Both the position numbers and the translations under genes were made by a program. The notes below the pieces were generated by a model that did no database searches, was not told the origin of the DNA, and saw only the letters and a list, made by a program, of their open reading frames with translations. This document shows, one piece after another, positions 60,101-64,000 of a stretch of DNA of 64,000 nucleotides (positions are counted from its first letter, which is position 1; each line of letters opens with the position of its first letter). The DNA is from Flagellimonas sp. (lineage in GTDB: Bacteria > Bacteroidota > Bacteroidia > Flavobacteriales > Flavobacteriaceae): the NCBI RefSeq assembly GCF_965212575.1, contig NZ_OZ243113.1, positions 1,115,662 through 1,179,661 of the forward strand, given 5' to 3'.

Positions 60101-60380
60101 TGATGGAAAATTAAATGAATTTGCTGTGGAAGATGGGAGTTGGACACGTCTTAGGGAACTATCGCTGGCCTATACCTTAAATTCCGAGAAATTTAAGAAA
60201 GCTACGGGCTTAAGTTCAGTACAGTTTACGGCTTCCGGTCGTAACCTGATCATTTGGTCCGATGTGGTCGGAATTGATCCTGACATTAACCAGTTTGGAG
60301 TAGGAAGAGCACGTGGTTTGGACTACTTCTCCAATCCTGGATCGAGAACATATGCTTTTGGAATCAATTTTAATTTTTAA
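57147..60380 (+). CDS. SusC/RagA-family TonB-dependent outer-membrane transporter
   Basis: 1077 aa. Signal peptide, a CarbopepD_reg-like N-domain (VTGTVSDGNVPLPGASVVVKGT..GTTTDFDGNYSI), a plug, then a large barrel ending in F. Confidence 0.92.
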   Translation: MRKTLLLLIFLTLGLSAASAQQTVTGTVSDGNVPLPGASVVVKGTTNGTTTDFDGNYSISVEVGQILVFTYVGYATQEQTVTDQTTIHVVLTEDAQALDEVVVTALGFVEKRDKMASTYSKIDADKLVQPVENKIIDGIAGKAAGVSINATSGDPGAGSNIQIRGTSSLSGSSQPLIVVDGIPLNNDNIAGSGDSDQSAGVSQQSRLNDINPEDIESFQVFKGASAGALYGSRALNGVIVITTKKGKAGKFNINYSTGVSIDQISIKHPLQTTFGQGNGGNFVADAQRSWGDRISERAGGADEVNTSGQFFESLVSDNIIYPITQKNSREIFVDRNFDQVFQSGITYDNKVSVSSGNEKGTYYISAAHVNQDGIIKGSYYKKTNFTMNLTQNLTDRLRANFKANYVHTGSNRTQQGSNTAGLYLGLLRTAPDFDQSDYIGNHHSSSGSITPNRHRGYRRYLGSSDNVIYNNPLWTVKEQKSTANVNRLIGTGEVSYQWNDNISTIVRGGVDFYVDSRVYFFPYYTAGADRRFGLLNDETINNEEYNGDLLTNFNYELTEKLNTNVVVGFGINDRRRKRIFTEADNFIANFRSPLDATELSARENIGSETTRTNRRNIRFYGTANFDYADQLILQLGGAFEKHSVLPADNNGFFYPSAELGWTFTNALKDTGPLSFGKVRLAYGQVANVPIAHREQTVFEVGSFSSFSDEIALENFGGGFQFDERLGNSNLKPEIKTEYEVGLDLRFLRNRLGISTTYYTNKTEDVLLDLALVPSLGFDEIYANGATIENDGLEIEFRYDFLRKQDWRGSIALNYSTNENIVRGVNGEGEFIQEFSEGSSIQSVAIDGEPLGVLYTQGALRNADGSLALDANGFPQVDTSGNLIVGDPNPDWRGGLQFDLSYKNLSLAASFDTSQGNDLAQRTRFILAFFGTHADVGKTITLDEQLVNYDGDVFPAGSVVRGNIENFGGGNVLLDEDYYTSLYGFGDGKLNEFAVEDGSWTRLRELSLAYTLNSEKFKKATGLSSVQFTASGRNLIIWSDVVGIDPDINQFGVGRARGLDYFSNPGSRTYAFGINFNF

Positions 60381-61814
60381 ATGAAGGAAATTATGAAATC
60401 TAGATACAAAATAATTTTATCATTGATTTTTCTAACATCGGCAACGGCATGTGACGATTACCTAGATGTAAATGAAAACCCAAATCAATTGGTGGAAGTT
60501 CCTTCCGGAGATCTAATGCTTACCGGAACATTATTGGCCAATGCCCAGATACAACAGGGACAACTGGCAAGAACAAGCATGTACTATACAGGAGGTTTAA
60601 TTGGACTACAATTGGTACAACAAACCCTGTATAATTATGACTATACGCCCGGCGACTCCAATGCCGTTTGGGGACATTTGTACAATGGTATTTTGGTCCA
60701 GAATAAAGAAATTCGCCGGCTCTCGCCAGATGTAGGGCGTTTGCAAGGGATTATTGATGTAAATGAGGCCTTGGCCGTAGGTACCGCAGCATCCCTCTTT
60801 GGTGATATTCCTTATTCCACTGCTACTCCGGATAATCCTGGCGTAGACTCTGAGGATCCTACTCTGGACGGCCAAGCTGATGTTTATGCCGCCCTTCAAA
60901 CCTTGCTGGACAATGCCATACCAAAATTGCAGAATGGTTCCACAACCAGCATCACAAATAGCCAGGATAATTATTTTGGAGGGGATGCCGATAGCTGGAT
61001 TGCGGCAGCCTACACGCTAAAGGCACGCTATTATTTGCAAACAAAACAATACGCGCAGGCTTTGGCCAATGTTGCAAATGGGATCAACGCTGCCTCTGGG
61101 ACCATGTATTACAATCCAATAGGCGATGTGCCCGGGAACAGTAACATTCTTTTCAACTTTGTCAACAGTAGTAGGGCAGGTGATATGACGGGGGATGGAG
61201 CCTTCTACAGGGATTTGATTGATCCCGCCAATGTGAATGGCAGGAACAATGCCAAGACCGACGAGACAGCACGGAGAAACTATTCCTATATCAGCGGCGA
61301 TGGTGACCAAGTAGACGGAATAGATGGTCCAACCACTAAAATGAAGCTGGTGAGTTATGAGGAGAATATTTTGATATGGGCTGAGTGCTTGATCAGGGCT
61401 AACAATGATGTTCAGGGTGCCATAGACAAACTGAACGAGTTGCGGGCTTACTTGAACACAGGAGCAGCCTTTAACCTGATCAATGGAGATGAGACCTTCC
61501 TTTATGATGCCTATGTACTGGCCGATTTTGAAGCCGGGGGCATGGAAAACTCGGATAATATAGCCACAGATAGGGCAGTACTGCGTGAAATAATTGAAGA
61601 GCGGTACGTAACTGGCTTCAGTACCTATATGCCATTCAATGATGCAAGGAGACTTCGTACCGAAACAGATGTACTGGTACCTTTCCCATTGAACAATGGC
61701 ACAACAACAGTAAATCCACAGCGATTTTTATATGCACAAGATGAAATAAACAACAATAGTAACTTGCCAAATCCAATTCCGGATTTGTTCACACCGACAC
61801 CGGTTAACCAATAA
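60381..61814 (+). CDS. SusD/RagB-family lipoprotein
   Basis: 477 aa. Lipobox TSATAC, followed by DDYLDVNENPN. Lies immediately after SusC. Confidence 0.88.
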   Translation: MKEIMKSRYKIILSLIFLTSATACDDYLDVNENPNQLVEVPSGDLMLTGTLLANAQIQQGQLARTSMYYTGGLIGLQLVQQTLYNYDYTPGDSNAVWGHLYNGILVQNKEIRRLSPDVGRLQGIIDVNEALAVGTAASLFGDIPYSTATPDNPGVDSEDPTLDGQADVYAALQTLLDNAIPKLQNGSTTSITNSQDNYFGGDADSWIAAAYTLKARYYLQTKQYAQALANVANGINAASGTMYYNPIGDVPGNSNILFNFVNSSRAGDMTGDGAFYRDLIDPANVNGRNNAKTDETARRNYSYISGDGDQVDGIDGPTTKMKLVSYEENILIWAECLIRANNDVQGAIDKLNELRAYLNTGAAFNLINGDETFLYDAYVLADFEAGGMENSDNIATDRAVLREIIEERYVTGFSTYMPFNDARRLRTETDVLVPFPLNNGTTTVNPQRFLYAQDEINNNSNLPNPIPDLFTPTPVNQ

Positions 61815-61861
61815 CATGGAACAACCACCAACCAATCAGTGTTTGAGTTAGCTCTGTTCCC

Positions 61862-61894
61862 GAAGGCTGCCTATTTGATGGATAGGCAGCCTTC
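61862..61894 (+). terminator. Strong 13-bp stem-loop after susD (terminator or attenuator / processing site)
   Basis: GAAGGCTGCCTAT (61862-74), loop TTGATGG, then ATAGGCAGCCTTC (61882-94). The stem is perfect, and no U tract follows. Confidence 0.45.
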
Positions 61895-61933
61895 CTTGGG
61901 AAAAGACCATTTGTCAATGTAAAAGGTATTCCT

Positions 61934-63478
61934 ATGCTTAAAATCCCCTACTTTTTGGGTTTGTTTTTACTGCTTTCTGCCTGCGCCAAAGACAAGTCCA
62001 AAGTAGACATCTTAATTGTAAATGGCAGAGTATATGACGGCATTTCAGAAGTACCCACAACTTTGGACGTTGCCATTAAAAATGGTAAGATTATTTCCGT
62101 CGGAACGTTGGATTCCTTGGAACTCAAACCGGAAAGGGTCATCAATGCTTCCGGTAAAATAGTTTGCCCAGGATTTATTGACCCCCATACCCATGCGGAT
62201 AGGGATTTGATAAACCCGGAAACCTCCCATAATATGCCCTTTTTAATGCAAGGTATTACTACCGTGGTGGTTGGTAACGATGGGGACAGTTTTCTTCCAT
62301 TAAAAAAACACGCCCAATTATATGATTCCATTGGTATTGGAACCAACGTGGTGCAGCTTGTTGGCCACGGTTCGGTACGCAGGCACATCATGGGGAAAAG
62401 TGACCGAAAACCGACTCCTCTGGAATTACAGGATATGAAAGCATTGGTTCAAGAGGAAATGGACCAGGGAGCCTTTGGAATGTCTACGGGCCTGTTTTAT
62501 GCACCTGGCAGTTACTCCAATACAGATGAAGTAGTAGCATTGGCAAAGGTCGTTGCCATGAACGATGGCATCTATGATACCCATCTTAGGGATGAGAGTT
62601 CGTATACCGTAGGTCTAGTAAAAGCGGTGCAGGAAGCTTTGGAAATTGGAGAGAAAGCCCAAATCCCAATTCACATTTCCCATATCAAATGCTTGGGCAA
62701 GGATGTTTGGGGGAAAAGCCAGGAAATTATAGATCTCGTTACAGAGGCTAAAAATAAAGGAGTCCATGTAACTGCAAATCAGTACCCTTATGATGCTTCG
62801 GCCACCAGCCTGAAGGCAGCTGTGGTACCTCGCTGGGCGGAAAGTGGCGGTCTCGACTCCCTTTTTATCCGACTGGAAAACCTTGACCTTAAGAAACGTA
62901 TTTTGGAAGAAACCGGCCATAATATTGAACGACGTGGCGGACCATCAAAATTACTGGTTGTTAAACTACCCGATACTTCCTTCGTTGGAAAGAACTTAAA
63001 GGAAATTTCAGATGTATTGCAGGTGACCCCCGAGCAAGCTGTCTTTGAACTATTGCAAATTGGCCATGCTAAGGTTGTTTCATTCAACATGACTGAAGAA
63101 GACATCCACAACTTTATGAAACAAGATTGGGTGGTCACAGGTTCCGATGGAAATACTGGACACCCTAGAAAATATGCCAAATACGTGAAACAAGACAGTA
63201 TCATAACCCTTGCCGAGTTTATCAATGGCAGTACCTACAAAACAGCAGAAATTTTTAAAATACCCCTGCGAGGAGCCATAAAAGAGGGGTATTATGCGGA
63301 CATTATCATTTTTGATCCTGATAAATTTGCGGACGACGCTAAATATACAGACGCTTTTTTATATGCCAAGGGGCTTGAATATGGCATAATCAATGGCAGA
63401 ATATCGGTGGAAAAAGGCCAATTCACACAACAATTGAACGGAAGGGCGCTTCTAAAAAATAAGAGTTATAACCAATAA
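61934..63478 (+). CDS. N-acyl-D-amino-acid deacylase (D-aminoacylase) family amidohydrolase, lipoprotein
   Basis: 514 aa. Lipobox LLSAC. Has ILIVNGRVYDG, CPGFIDPHTHAD, IPIHISHIK and TGSDGNTGHPR, typical of D-aminoacylases. Confidence 0.75.
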   Translation: MLKIPYFLGLFLLLSACAKDKSKVDILIVNGRVYDGISEVPTTLDVAIKNGKIISVGTLDSLELKPERVINASGKIVCPGFIDPHTHADRDLINPETSHNMPFLMQGITTVVVGNDGDSFLPLKKHAQLYDSIGIGTNVVQLVGHGSVRRHIMGKSDRKPTPLELQDMKALVQEEMDQGAFGMSTGLFYAPGSYSNTDEVVALAKVVAMNDGIYDTHLRDESSYTVGLVKAVQEALEIGEKAQIPIHISHIKCLGKDVWGKSQEIIDLVTEAKNKGVHVTANQYPYDASATSLKAAVVPRWAESGGLDSLFIRLENLDLKKRILEETGHNIERRGGPSKLLVVKLPDTSFVGKNLKEISDVLQVTPEQAVFELLQIGHAKVVSFNMTEEDIHNFMKQDWVVTGSDGNTGHPRKYAKYVKQDSIITLAEFINGSTYKTAEIFKIPLRGAIKEGYYADIIIFDPDKFADDAKYTDAFLYAKGLEYGIINGRISVEKGQFTQQLNGRALLKNKSYNQ

Positions 63479-63487
63479 AATAAGGTG

Positions 63488-64000
63488 ATGATCGGTTTAA
63501 GTCATAAAATGTCCAGGGTGAAACCATCCGCAACCTTGGCTATCAATGAGCTTTCCGTAAAACTGATAACGGAAGGAAAAGAGGTTTACCGTTTGGGCTT
63601 TGGACAATCCCCCTTTCCGGTACCGGATATCATTGTGGAGGCGCTGAAGAGGCACGCACACCAAAAGGACTATTTGCCTGTGCAAGGACTTTTGCCATTG
63701 CGCCAGGTTGTTGCACAGTTTTTCAACAGAACATATCATCTTCCGGTAGGTGCTGAAAATGTATTGGTAGGTCCGGGTTCCAAAGAGCTTATTTATAATT
63801 TCCAGGTAGCAGCTTCCTTTGACGAATTGTTGTTGCCATCTCCAAGTTGGGTCTCATATGAGCCCCAGGCCCTACTCAGCGGCCATAAAGCGATATGGTT
63901 GGAAACCCAAGAAGCAGATGGCTACAAATTGAAGGCCAAGACCTTGCTCGATCATTGTAGCAAGCACCCGGGAAAGAAGAGGGTCATCATTCTAAATTAC
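63488..64000 (+). CDS. Class I/II (aspartate-type) aminotransferase, N-terminal 171 codons; continues past the right edge
   Basis: Not in the track because there is no stop in the window. Hand translation from ATG 63488 gives MIGLSHKMSRVKPSATLAINELS...YRLGFGQSPFPVP...VLVGPGSKELIYN...LLPSPSWVSYEP, open to position 64000. Confidence 0.8.
   Translation, partial: MIGLSHKMSRVKPSATLAINELSVKLITEGKEVYRLGFGQSPFPVPDIIVEALKRHAHQKDYLPVQGLLPLRQVVAQFFNRTYHLPVGAENVLVGPGSKELIYNFQVAASFDELLLPSPSWVSYEPQALLSGHKAIWLETQEADGYKLKAKTLLDHCSKHPGKKRVIILNY

Noticed and set aside
1-64000. Searched for defence systems, toxin-antitoxin pairs, CRISPR arrays, restriction-modification genes, prophage or transposon genes, and rRNA/tRNA genes.
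   Set aside because: No ORF shows nuclease, helicase, methyltransferase, integrase or transposase hallmarks. No spaced repeat arrays were found. Nearly every ORF over 100 aa has a metabolic, envelope or housekeeping assignment (the lipoprotein at 40592-41653 remains unassigned). The novelty in this window appears to be biosynthetic and regulatory rather than defence-related.

Overview
Bacteroidota (Flavobacteriaceae-like) chromosomal segment, almost fully coding. Positions 1 to about 38.6 kb form one large Wzx/Wzy-dependent surface-polysaccharide (capsule or O-antigen) locus in four alternating-strand blocks. (i) 1-8352, minus strand: an unusual eight-gene operon around the priming phosphoglycosyl transferase. 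It holds two ATP-grasp ligases, two CapK/PaaK-like adenylating enzymes, a FemAB-like transferase, a DcyD/ACC-deaminase-like PLP enzyme and a threonine-dehydrogenase-like SDR. (ii) 8856-28696, plus strand: a beta-helix lipoprotein, gmd-fcl, wzx, an AsnB-like amidotransferase, two hexapeptide acetyltransferases, wzy, four glycosyltransferases, wecB and fnlA-cupin-fnlB-fnlC. (iii) 28769-31381, minus strand: ugd and a UDP-GlcA 4-epimerase. (iv) 31631-37894, plus strand: a DegT aminotransferase, a PglF/CapD dehydratase, wza and wzc, followed by a convergent PHP tyrosine phosphatase. The right half carries housekeeping genes (mnmE, dnaN, gldF-gldG, phoH, purC). It also has an acetate uptake/activation module (DUF4212 plus Na+/solute symporter, porin, acs). 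Finally there is a SusC/SusD locus next to a MocR-type regulator gene, flanked by an M14 carboxypeptidase, a D-aminoacylase and an aminotransferase. I saw no rRNA or tRNA genes, CRISPR arrays, transposases, integrases or recognisable defence genes. The most unusual content is the amide-ligase-rich operon at 1-8352. All family calls come from motif recognition by eye; no searches were run.
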